Translations under genes and position numbers: made by a program | In this document: in pieces, positions 14,295 through 27,100 of the stretch | Position numbering within the stretch: position 1 is the stretch's first letter | Layout: each line of letters begins with the position of its first letter | Origin: Octopus bimaculoides | Lineage: Eukaryota | DNA length: 64,000 nt | Assembly: GCF_001194135.2 (NCBI RefSeq) | Contig: NC_068989.1 | Location: 34,239,837-34,303,836, forward strand | Direction: 5' to 3' | The notes under the pieces: model-generated | Told to the model about the DNA's origin: nothing | What the model saw: only the letters and a program-made list of their open reading frames with translations | Databases searched by the model: none

Positions 14295-15689
14295 CAGAGA
14301 TCAACATTGTTACATACTTTCATTATTTTTTTCAGTTGATTTAAAACAACCACTTCAGTCTATTAAGATGGTTGCTAAAGACCAAAAAAACAATGACTTT
14401 GGTACTTAATATGTGAAATGTGTTGAAATAAGATGTAAAATGGTGGCAGGAGAGAAGAAGGGGAAAAAGAGTGACAAATATATATAGATAGATAGATCAG
14501 GACAAAAAAGTTGGAACATAAAAGAACATGGAGTAAACAGGCTGAAAAGAAAATGGTCTTTCTGACTTTTTCAATGACTAAGGCCACTTCACAACTTGTA
14601 ATTTAGTTTTGGTCCAACGTTGCAATGATCATTCAGTCCATTTCTCCAGTTACAAATGAGATCCTCCAAGCTGCAATAACACAAGACAAAAATATTGAGA
14701 ATGTTAGTGTTTTTTTTTCTTCTCTCTTCCTACTCAATCCTCTTCATCCTCCCACCTCACAGCTCTTACACTCTGAATCTCTCTCAGTTATTCTATTACC
14801 ATCTTCTCACAATAAATCTGTTCTTTTCCATCAAGAGGTGCTCTCTTTTGCTTGCAAGCTGCAAAGTGAACCCAACAATGCTGGTGCCACAAAAGGTACC
14901 TATATATATATTTACATGTGTGTGTGTGTATGTGTATTGAGAAGGTTGCAAATTTGAATGGAAAGAATGACATTTCATGGGAAAAGTGAAAGCTGTATGG
15001 TGATATGGACAATGCAATAGAGAGGGAGAAGAGATAATTTGGTAGTAGAGAAAGTGAAGAGATCAAGGTAAAATGATGAATGGAGAGGGACACTGTTAAG
15101 AATGAAAGAAGAATGTCAAGTGAAATGATTGCAAGTAGTGAGAAATATAAGTGAAATATGTGATTCTACTTACATTTAATTACAGCAGCAGAATACTGCA
15201 GTTATGCAGGTGACAGAGAGGTCAGTGACAGGGAAAAGTGGGGTTGGAAAAGAAGGTTTGACAAAGACTGTTTTTATAACATCAGTTTTGCTCAGTTACG
15301 CAGGTCTTCTTGGGCACCACATACCACCAGTCCCCTTGGTCCTTTGACTTAAGCATATATTTATTGCATGTGTGTGTGTGTGTGTGTGTGCATATGTACA
15401 CACATACACAAACACATCATTATTCAATGTCTGTTTTCCATACTGCATGGGTTGGATAGTTTGACAGGGATTTCACAACTGAATGCTCTTCCTAACACTA
15501 AACACTTTAAAGTGGATTGAGTGTTTTTATGTGGTACCAGCATGTATATATAAACATTATAAACATTAATGCATACATATCTATATATATACACATATAT
15601 GCATATACACACACACATAAATATATGTCCAATCCATGCTAGCAAAGAAAGCAGATGTTAAATGATGATTGATATATATATATACATAT

Positions 15690-16135
15690 ATATATAATAG
15701 TTCTATATTTAAGAGATGAGGAATTATGTACATTATTTACATTTGACAGATATTTGTCCTCATCTTGTTTGTTGTTAACGCAATGTTTCAGCTGATACAC
15801 CCTCCAGCCTTCATCAGGTGTCTTGGGGAAATTTCGAACCTGGGTTCTCATTCCTAAGGTATCTTTCGATGTTATTATTATTATCATTATTATTATTCAG
15901 GTCACTGCCTCGAATTGAACTCAGAATCTTGGGGTTAGTAGCCTGCGCTTGTAACCACTACACCATGGCATATGGCATAATGGTTAAGAGCACGGGCTAC
16001 TAACCCCAAGATTCTGAGTTCAATTCCAAGCAGTGACCTGAATAATAATAATAATGATAATAATAACATCGAAAGATACCTTAGGAATGAGAACCCAGGT
16101 TCGAGATTTCCCCAAGACACCTGATGAAGGCTGGA
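15690..16135. mobile_element. Head-to-head foldback of a tRNA-headed repeat carrying a hammerhead-like motif
   Basis: About 15805-15966 is the inverted copy of about 15972-16135. Each arm reads A box/B box, (AAT)n, unique body, gacacCTGATGAaggctgg. The right arm runs into gap 16136-16192. Confidence 0.8.
15776..15822 (-). ncRNA. Minimal type I hammerhead-like motif (degenerate copy)
   Basis: gacac CTGATGA a ggctg-gagggtgtat-cagct GAAA c att gcgtt. Stem II is good; stems III and I are imperfect. Confidence 0.55.
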
Positions 16136-16539
16136 NNNNNNNNNNNNNNNNNNNNNNNNNNNNNNNNNNNNNNNNNNNNNNNNNNNNNNNNNATATATAT
16201 ATATATATATATATATACCTACATACAGAGAGAAAGAATGAGAGACACACATGTATTTACATTTTGTAATAGGGCTTTGTTTATTTTTCCAGTCTCATGA
16301 GTTTCTTGCAGGAAAATAGGTTATTATTAACCACGTTGTGAAGTATGAATGACACTTCCCTTGCTGAATTTGACAAGACTGTGAAAGAAACTCATGGATG
16401 GCATTGAGTATCAATAACACTGAAGAATTAATTACGCATGAATATATGAAGGAAAGTAATCACTAAAGGACTGTAGTATCGGTTATTTCCCTTGAGAGTA
16501 GCCTAGAATATAATAACAAGCATAACATCTCTATATCTG

Positions 16540-17040
16540 TAGTCAAAGACCTAATTCTAAAGTAAATAAGTCTTGGAATATCCATGGACCATACAAGGCC
16601 TTCATAACCCCATGTAATACAAGACCTTCATAACCCCATGTAATTGAGTCTAAAGTACTGTGTAGTTGGTTATGGAAGTGCAATGCTCACATTATGAGAA
16701 ACTCTCCACTGGTCACTTTGATAGAAGAGCACCAAAGAAGTACAAGGACTCCCTACAGAAATCCCTTGGCACCTGCCCTATTGACCACTACCAGTGGTTT
16801 ATTCCTGTTGCCTATCATGAAGCATGGGGTCTCACTGTTGTCCAAGCAACAGCCTCTTTTGAAGGCACCTGTAGAACCATACTTGCAGATAAGAAGTAAA
16901 ACAAAGACACTATACTCAGCTCTGATCAACTCATCTTCCCATACAGTTTCTATGGTTATGCCTGCCTGCCCCAAATTGGACTCATCAGGTATAAGCATGC
17001 CTGAAACACACATGAATTTCGCCCTCCATAAATCTTCTTA
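16540..17040 (+). mobile_element. RTE (BovB-like) LINE 3' fragment
   Basis: EKLSTGHFDRRAPKKYKDSLQKSLG...W followed by a decayed C-terminal zinc-finger-like ACLPQIGL. Confidence 0.7.
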
Positions 17041-18825
17041 CATGAAGCCAAGACAAAAAGAAGTCTGTCATAAATCTTCATTGATTCCTGATGGCTGTAC
17101 CTTCTTGAGGTTAGAAAAGACAAACTTCCATTGTGGTACTCAGGTTATTGGGTTATCAGATATTCATAACAATGAGCTATTGCCTCTTCTGTAGTTTCAG
17201 GTGCATGGAAGTTGTAAGATAGAGAGAAGCAGTTGTGGTTCTCTGAACTCTTGCATGCATGTGTACCCTATTGAATTGTCATGGGGTTGAAATTATTATC
17301 CCCAGAGATTACCAATGGATGAACATGGTAACTTTAGACATCTTCCTCATATATTCTTTCTCATTTTTTTCTGTCATTTTCTTATATTTGTCAGTTCATT
17401 GTCAAATTTAACAGACAAATTACCATCATATATCATTATTATTATCCTCATCATCACTATGCTGGCATGGGTTGGATAGTTTGACAGACAATAGCCAGTC
17501 AGAAGACTGCTCTAAGCTCAGCTGTCTGCTTTGGCATGGTTTCTACAGCTGGCTACCCTTCTTAACATCAACCCCTCTACAGAGAGTACTGGTTAATTTT
17601 TATATGGTACCAGCAGCAGTGAGGTCACCAACTAACTCACAAGACACGACCCCTCAACTGAGGTGGGAGGCTTTGTATTAGATACACACACACACACACA
17701 TAGTGTAGGTAAGTAGATAGAAAAATTAAAGGGAAAATTCTATCATATTTTAGTTGCTCAACACCTGGCATAAAACCACCTCCCTCTCTAACCATCCCTC
17801 CTCAGTCAAGAGGTCTTTTTCCTTGTCTTGTAAATTATTTGGTGACCTCACTAATGCTGGTGTTATGAAAAATGTACCCAGTACACTCTGTGACGTGGTT
17901 GCCAAAATAGACATCAGAGCTTGCCGCAGTGTTGTGGCTTGTTGGATCCTGTCAAACTACCTGACCTGTGCCAGCAGGGACATTAAATGATGATCATCAT
18001 CATGACGACTATGTATTGGAATAAATCTTAAAATATCTTTCATGAATATTCTGAAGAAAGAGAATGTAATGTATATATTTATGATTTAAGAAGAAGCCTA
18101 AAGGAATGAGAATAGCAGATGAGACAACAAACAACAACAGTAGCAGCAACACCAACAATGCAATAAGAGCATTCATTCTGAAAGTACATCTCTTTCAATA
18201 CACTTGTTTACTCATCAATTTTCTATATGGATATATACTTGTAATAAGAAGCTGCATGATGAATTATCTGTGTGTGTGCACAATACATTTAATTATAAAC
18301 CAAATAAAAATTGATGTGCTAAAAATCTTGAAGTGATATATTTTTAACAGTAGTATTGATACATCTATTTGTAACATCAAGCATAACTGACAACATGTAA
18401 CACCAAACACAGCAGATAAGCAACAAATGTTTCACGTGATTTATTAGCAAGTAACAACCATATTTACCATATTATGCTTTAGATGACTGAAATATGAATA
18501 TGAAAAATATTTTTCTGATTATTTCTTGGTTTAAGAATATTACAGTTTACATTATCTAAGTTTCAGTGAGAAATGTATTAAAGATAAACTCATTGTTTTA
18601 CCCAAGTTGTTGTAGCATGTGTGGTGCTGAGGATAGTGTCTGTAGGTGTCACAAGTTTGTTATATTTGCAACAATAACCCATAAATGCATAAAACAGTGG
18701 TTAAATGAAAATACAAATCTAAAGTATTAAAAAAGAATATTAAGAAGGAACACCGCAGGTTATGTGTATTTTATATATATATGTACATGTGTATATGTGT
18801 GTGTGTGTGATGCATATAGTAACAA

Positions 18826-19030
18826 TACAAAGAGGAGGGCTTTAAATTCTATCACTGGAGCTGCAGAGAAGGCCACAAGATGGCTTTTGGATAACGAGGG
18901 CAGATCACTGGTTTGCTACTATTGGGATGCAAGCTAAGACTTGATCAACTCTGGCTGGGTCAACTGGGCAAAGAAGAGGAGTCTGATGTCAAAAGACCAA
19001 AACCTGATACCCTAGAAATACCATTGATAA
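18826..19030 (+). mobile_element. 3' end of an RLE-type (Hero-like) non-LTR retrotransposon
   Basis: KRRALNSITGAAEKATRWL(W)I (1-nt frameshift) plus a GC-richer 3' UTR. Family assigned from memory of the motif. Confidence 0.5.
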
Positions 19031-20561
19031 TTCATCCCAGAGTATCTGCTAGGTATATCTTAAAACTAAAACAATGCTGACATTATATTTTGATATCAAT
19101 AATAGATTAGTGTGAGGGTGGTCAGCTGGCAGATCAGTACTACGCTGGACAAAATGTTAAGCAGCATTTCTTCTGAATTTATGTTCTGAGTTCAAATGCT
19201 TCTGCAGACAACTTTGCCTTTCATCCTTTTGGGATTGATGAAATAAGTACCAGTTGAGCATTAGGGTCGATGTATTCAACTTGTCCCTTCCTCAAAATTG
19301 TTGTCTTTGAGCCAAAATCTGAAACCAATATTAGATTAGCGTTTATTATCATCATCACCATCATCTTCATTTAATGTCTGCTTTCCATACTGGCATGGGT
19401 TGGTCAGTTTGACTAAAAACTGGTAAGCCAGGGAGCTGCACCAGGTTCCAATCTGATTTGGCAAGGTTTCTACGGCTGTCACTGCCTCCATGAGGCCCAA
19501 TGCTCAAACAGTGCTTTTTATGTGCCATCGGCACTGGCATCCGCCATGACAACAATCTCACTTGACTTAATGGGTGAACTGATATATGTGTCTTCGCATT
19601 ATATATATATATGTGTGTGTGAGTTCATATTATATATGTGTATGTGTGTGCTAACATCATAAGAATTTATAAACTTTCAAAAGAACATGAAATAATTCTG
19701 TTTTGAAACTGGATCTCAAAGTGCACATAAAGCTATAAATAATAGTCAAGGCAGTCTCCAACTTTTCCATTCAAAAAGATTTTTCAGCACAAAATTTACA
19801 TGATATTATTCATAGGTTATGTGGGCTTTGAGATCCTGTTGCAATATATATATATATATATATGCAGAGAGAGAGAGAAAGAGAATGGATATTGCTTAAA
19901 CTGGATAAACACTTAGACAATATCTAAGTAAATCATTGTTAAAGAAAATAAAATGCTTTGCATTTTAAATTATAAATTAAAAAATAATTTTATTTGTCTT
20001 TTTTTTTAATCTACAAAACATCTATTTCATGATATACTTTTCTTTTTCCAAATACATTAAGAAACTGATACACTTTAATCATGCTAACTAGTTCTAAGGA
20101 TGGTTTTAAAAATGAATACAACACATAAGACATAGAAGGTAAATTACAAGAAGCCCCATTCCTAACTAGAAAATTAGAAGGTAATCAACTTTTGTGAAAA
20201 GTACATCTGTCTAAAAAAATTGTTTAAATAAGATATATTTTCTTTCAAAGTAAAAAATAATTACTAGCTTATCTTAACTGTTTTTTATTTGCAAATAAAG
20301 AGTGTGGGAAAGCTCATATTCATTATACTTCCTATTATACTAATTGCCTGTATTTAGATTTGTTAATATTTGTTTAAAGTCATCATAGCAGGTACTAAAC
20401 ATTGGTGAGAAGGAGGTTAGAGTGGGATGCATTCTTGTAGGAAGGGATTTGTTAGTGTTTAGTAAAAAGTATGAAAAACAGCAGAAAGATGAAAGATAAA
20501 TGGATCAAGTGGGTATAGGTAAGGGTAGCATTAAATTTGAAGTAACAGAGATAGGTTAAAT

Positions 20562-20771
20562 TTACTCAATATGTCTTACATTTTGTCCAGAGCCTGGCCT
20601 GGAACTAGAGCGAGGCCGTAGGCCACAGGTACCAGCACCACTACTGCTTCCTGGAGAGTCACCTCGTCCATTTGCTTGGCCAATGGATGCCTCAGAGTCC
20701 CATCGTTCCAGTTCTTCTCGCACAAGTTTCTCCATTTGATCTCGTTTCATTTCATCAGTATTACTTGTAGA
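20562..20771 (-). CDS. PKD2: PKD2 last coding exon, 210 nt including TAA
   Basis: ccgcag|TCT ACA...; [27 protein letters not shown]...RHIE*, similar to human [17 protein letters not shown]. Confidence 0.92.
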   Translation of the reverse strand, partial: STSNTDEMKRDQMEKLVREELERWDSEASIGQANGRGDSPGSSSGAGTCGLRPRSSSRPGSGQNVRHIE

Positions 20772-21348
20772 CTGCGGAATAGGAAGAAAGCAAACATAAG
20801 ATGAAATACCCTTAAATTTATTTACTTCAATGCTATAAAAATTCCCAAATAGTGTGAATGCAAGTTTATACTTTAACCCTTTTGTTACCAATATTTGTGT
20901 TGAAATACATGGTCTTTATTTTAATTAATTTTGAAAATAATGACGAATTTAGTAAAATAACTGTCATTATTTATCTGGTTTTTGAAACATAAATTAGTAT
21001 GAAGTTTTGATGAAAGGTTTTAATTTAGATCACATTAAAAAAAGAAATTTGCACCATAGAAGCAGGGCCAATCTCAGGTGGGTTGGTATCAAAACAGTTA
21101 ATATTTACATACATTAGAGAGTAACTGATATATAGAGAGAGGAGAGAGAGAGCTAGCTAGTTAGACAAATAAGATAGATATAGATAGATAAGATATAGAC
21201 AGATAGATATAGAGACAGAGAGGGATAGAGATATATAGATAGAGATGGACAGAAAGATATAGATAGAGAGATATAGACATCACTGACGCTAGAAAACTGG
21301 AAGTAAATATTTTTTTAAACTTTCAAAGATGTGAATCTAATATAAAAA

Positions 21349-21392
<44 letters not shown>

Positions 21393-24079
21393 TGACCAAT
21401 GAATCTAAAGGAGACAAGCAATTTCTGAAAGTTACTTCACAAAGAGTTACCTCCCTTCTCCACATAACCCAGAAATGGGTGTTTTCTGCCCCCAGGGAGC
21501 CCATTACTCATTATGTGAAAAATTTTAAGAATCTAAAACCGTCCCCGGAACATAAGTAATGTATGTTCCCAGTTTGGAGAAAATCAGTTGAAAAATACGG
21601 CCATTATAATCTTAAAAGATTGCACACACACACACAGAATGGGATTTATATTATGGATTAGGCATATTTGAACATTGTAAATTTGTATATTCACTAAAAT
21701 TTCATCCACTTGACAGCCAGGTATAAAGTATAAGGCAGATTACTATCAAGCGCCATAATATATACTCATATATGATTAAAGCAGTAATAATTGTAAGAAG
21801 TATGTTAAGGGCTGATGTGATCTTCATACAATGTTTGTTATATTATTAAGAAGGACCTTATAATCAATGATAATATAATCAGATCAAAATAATCTTTATA
21901 ATATAAAAAAAAGCAAAGGCAGTTTCTTTTCTGTTTTACTCTAGTAGTTTAATTTGTTTTTGTACTTTTGGAAGATTCTGGATGTGAAATTTTGTGTTAG
22001 ATCAGATTTTGTTGTATCATGGGAGGTTCTGTTTCATTTCTTTTGTTATTACTAGTCAATTAGTTAACCATTTAACCCGTTAACTATTCAATTGTTTGAT
22101 TCGTTGTTTGGTCAATCAATCAACAAGCTAGGTTTGTCAGAGTTCTTTTGTCACCATTCATGACTAAGTTCTTTAATCTAAATTTCCTATATTGGACTGT
22201 TTCTCCTCTACCACAATCTTCACTTATTAAATAACACTAAGAAATTATTTTGTATGTTAACAGAGATAACATTTGTAGAAGGATGAGATATAAGATTGCT
22301 TTGAATTTGGTCTAATACAATATTTATGTTGTCAATGCAATAGGCTTTTAAAAATACTTGGTAAGATTTGAATTTAAAAACTAAAATATAGATAAATCTT
22401 GAGGGATATAATATAATATAATATAATGAGCTTAGTATATACAGTGCTTTAGTACACTACAACTCATCAAAAAGGTTAAAAAAAAAGAGTCAGAAAGTAG
22501 CTATGAGTCAAGTAAAGATATAACATTGAAAGCTAGATGTACATACACAGCACACAGAATAAAACACAAAAAGACAAAAAAAGTGAACATTAAGAGCTGT
22601 AAAATGGAAAGTGTGCATAGAGACATCAAGAGTAGTTGTTGTTGAAATTTGGGAAGCATGTAATTTTTGAAGAATGCAGTGTCCTGATAGCTAACAATTG
22701 ATAGAAGTAGTTTATTTTATGTTTCAATAATTCTGAGCATTAAAAAATTATTTCTGGAAGTCATGGGTGCCATATGGTTTTTGATTTTATAAACCTGCCC
22801 ACAAGTGGTAGAGGTATTGGATTCAAAAAGGTAGCCAAAGTTATTTTTAGAAATTTTGTGAACTTCTGCCAAGTCAGGTGCTAGACATCAAAACTTTAGC
22901 TCAATGTCCTAATTCTGATACCTCTATCTCTAGTTTGAATTTCTAATTATCTTTCTTAGCCTCAAGGTTAACATTTTGTAATGGAAGGTGGTATACTTGA
23001 ATCAACTTCAGGACACTACAAGTACTAATTGATCACTACAGAGGGATAATAGTTCAGGATTTTCAGCAAGACTGGAACTGATTTTTAATGGAAATATTAG
23101 TGTATTTATATAGCACACATCTAGTTGAGCTGCTTGTCAGACTCATTTCTGTTTATGATAGAGTTTAAATAAAAGAAACGACTTACTTCTGTAATACTGT
23201 CAAGCATTTTTGCCATGGTTTCTCGGCGCTTTATCTTTGCTTTTTCCATTGCTTCAAGTTTCACAAGGACGGCGTCAATTTTAGAGACAATGCTTCCAAT
23301 GGAATGTTCCATGCGATCCACACGTCGAGAAAGTACTGTAAATTCTTCGTATGAGACACCATTAGTTATGCGTCCAGATCGTGAGACCTTTGAGCCATTG
23401 TCCTCATCATCACTGTCCTCTCCGCTGTCCTCCTGATAACTCATGCGACTACTACAGCGATTGTTAGCCTTTTCTTCTAATTCATCATATTCTTTATTTA
23501 GTGCATCCTGTTGTAGAGTGAATATCATGAATTATCATTATAGAATCATCAAACACAGCTAAATGAACATATCACAGAGCTTGATGATAATTGGTTAAAC
23601 AAAATCAAAATATAGTATAAATAACAAAATGTCAAGTTAATATGAAGTTAATATTCTGAAAATTATCATCTTTTTAAATTAACTACATAAACACCAGCTA
23701 CATACTAAGTAGTTTCTTAGGTCATCTGTTTATGAATTGTACTGTCCTAAGTGACAGTGCTTAACAGTTTTTTCTCCACCCATAGATAGGACATCAGTCT
23801 ATCAAGAAACACACTTCTCAGTAAGAACCAACACCTAGTAATCACAGATGTGGTAAATTAAAATGAAATACAAGCAATCAGATATGAATTTATAACACTT
23901 TGGGTCAGTTAATTCAAATTTTATCTGCTTGGTCATTTCCGTACAAGATAGGTGCAGTTGTGGCTGTGTGGTTAAGAAGTTTGCATCTCAACTGCATGGT
24001 TTCAGGCTCAGTCCCAAGTGTTTTATACTCTAGCCCCATGCCAACCAAAGGCTTGCAAATAGATTTGGTAGAGGAAAAA

Positions 24080-24157
<78 letters not shown>

Positions 24158-27100
24158 TATACATATATGTATTTATATATAAGCATTATTTACTAATATG
24201 TACTTTCGTAAGCTAATTATTTAAACTGACTCTTCAATATATAATTTCCTAATCTCTCTCTCTCTCAGCCTTAGTTGTCTCCTTAATTCTTCATGTAATT
24301 TCCAACTGAAATCTCTCTAATACCCTTAGTTCTCCTTTCCACCCATGTTCCCAAGTTGGCTACATATTTTTTCATACTATCTCTTAAATAACCCTTGCTT
24401 CGTTTTTTTTCCCTCCATGTTTCATGTTGGCTGAATGTTTTTTATACTATCTCTTAACCCTTCCTTTCCCAATGGCTTCTTATGCTATTCTCTGCTACTC
24501 TCTCGGCTATTCTCTACTGCCCAGGGCAAAAATGCCCATTCATAATGTCCACTTCCGGTTGTAGCATATATATTAAAATACCTTTCTTATATGTTTCCCC
24601 TCTCAGATTTTCATGCAACTCATTCCAGTGTTGGTATCTATTGGCCCCCAGTTATGCACTGCTAAGCTACGATATTCTCTCATTTTTTTAATCTTTTCAC
24701 TCATTCATTCATTATTAATATGCATTATTTACTAATATGTACTTTCGTAAGCAAATTATTTAAACTGACCCTTCAATATATAACTTCCTAATCTCTCTCT
24801 CAGCCTTAGTTTTCTCCTTAATACTTCATGTAATTTCCAAATGATATCTCACTAATACCCTTACTTCTCCTTTCTTCCCGTGTTCCCAAGTTGTTGGCTA
24901 CATATTTTTCGTACTATCTTTTACATTAACCCTTGCTTGTTCGCGGTGTGCCTGTCCATTCCCGCCACCACCACCAATACCGGATATCTCTTTCTCACCA
25001 GAATCCCCCTCCCTCACTGGTGGTATCCTCTATCATACCTACAATTTCGCCTCCCTTCTCTCCCTCTCTCTCTCCCCCAGGACAAACGCAACTAGTTTAG
25101 CAGCCCACCTACTTAATCTAACACTGGCATATTGATATTCATATTTACTTTTATCTATTTATTTATACTTATATGTGCAGTACCAGTAATGTTTAAATTT
25201 ATGAGGTTCATAACACTTATATTTACAACGCCCCTAACACTTACTCCTACTCCCAGTAGGGGCAACAATCTTAACATGCTTGAATGTTCCCACATTCCTT
25301 TCCCAGTTTTTAGAGTTGGCACTGTCAATGTAGGCACATTGAAAGGTAGGTCTAGTGAGACTGTAGAGATGCTTGAACGGAGACGTGTTGATGAATGCTG
25401 CATACAAGCAGTAAGGTGGAGAGGAGTTTCAGCCAGGGTCTGCATAGGTAAGGCACACAGGTATAAAATCTTCTGGGAAAGTAACAGTGATGGAGTAGTG
25501 GGTGTAGGTATACTCCTTGCAGAGGTCATAGAGGTAGTCAGGGTATGCGATAGAGTGTTTAAGTTCAGGCTGATCCTGCAGAATAATATAGCTACAATTA
25601 TTTCTGCCTACACTCCACAAGCAGACCTACCAAATGATCAGAAGGACCACTTTTATGATATCCTTCTACAGGTTATCTCAAAGACAAGTGGCAATGACCT
25701 CATCTTTGTGGCTGGAGATTTTAATGGGCATGTTGGACAGCAATCTGGTATCTTCCATGATGTCAATGGGGGCCATGGAATTGGTTCCTGAAACGAAGAA
25801 GGAACTAGCCTACTGGAGTTCCCTGATGCATGCAACCTATTAATCTGCAACACCAACTTCAGAAAGCCAGACAGCCACCTGATAACCTATCAATCAGGCG
25901 ACACGCCGTGCTTGAAGAGACCTACTGAGTCAAATGAAATCAAAAAATCAAATCAAAATCACAATCAGAATCTCAATCAACTCGAAATCAAAATGGAAAT
26001 TGTAGTTGTGGCTGATGCCAGTGCCGCCTGACTGGCTCCCATGCTGGTGACATGCAATAAGCACCATTCATGCATGGGTCATTGCCAGTTCCACCCCGAC
26101 TGGCTCCTGTACCAGTAGCACATAAAGAGCACCATCTGAACATGGCCGATGCCAGAGCCACCTGACTGGCACCCGTGCCGGTGGCACGTAAAAAACACCC
26201 ATTACACTCTTGGACTGCTTGGCATTTGCCAGATCAGATTGGAGCCTGGTGAGGTCTCCTGGCTTGCCAGTCCCCAGTCAAACCGTCCAACCAATGCCAG
26301 TATGGAAAACAGATGTTAAACAATGATGATGATAATATACATACGAGATGGTATCAAAAAGTTCCTGGGCTAGTTATGCTTAATGAAAAATAACTTATTT
26401 ACCTAAGTTTTAACACCATCTTCTTTGAAATAGTCACCTTGCACAACAATACGCCAGTCCCAACATTCCTACCACTTTTGGAATCCAATCAAGAAGTCAT
26501 TTTCTGTAAAGTCAAGGAACTTCTGTGATTTGCTTTTGATCTCAACAATGATGTTAAAACAGAGACCTTTGAGCTGCATTTTCAGCTTGGGGAAGAGATG
26601 GAAGTCCACAGGTGCTAAATCTGGCAAATAGGGTAGGTGCAGAAGCAATAACATGTTTTTGGTGAGAAACTCATGAGTGAGGAGAGCTCACTGCCTCATG
26701 AAGGTTATTGCTAGCTCTCACTGTTCATGCAACCATGTGCTGCCATCTGTTGGTGTACTATTAAACTAGTCCAGGAACTTTTTGATATCACCTCGTATGT
26801 ATGTATGTATGTACGTACATATAGATATGTATGTATATATATGAGTGTGAGTGTATGTTTGTGTTTCCTTGGCTACTCATCACATGATAATTGTAAATGA
26901 GTGACAAGCAGTACATCTTTATATTATTATTGTTATGGTTATATTATTATCTTCATATTATTATAGTTAGAAAGAGCGTTTCCACCTTCATGGTTCTAAT
27001 GAATAAACAAATGTGTGTTATGATGTCTTAGTCATAGAAAAATAATGATTAATAATTGTCACATATTTTAAGTGTCTTCACATAATTATGTCTGGATTAA

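Noticed and set aside
14625-14957. 110-aa plus-strand ORF
   Set aside because: No recognisable motif, low-complexity and microsatellite content, and no splice partners.
15967-16035. tRNA gene
   Set aside because: A and B boxes are present, but there is no acceptor stem or cloverleaf. It is a SINE-like head.
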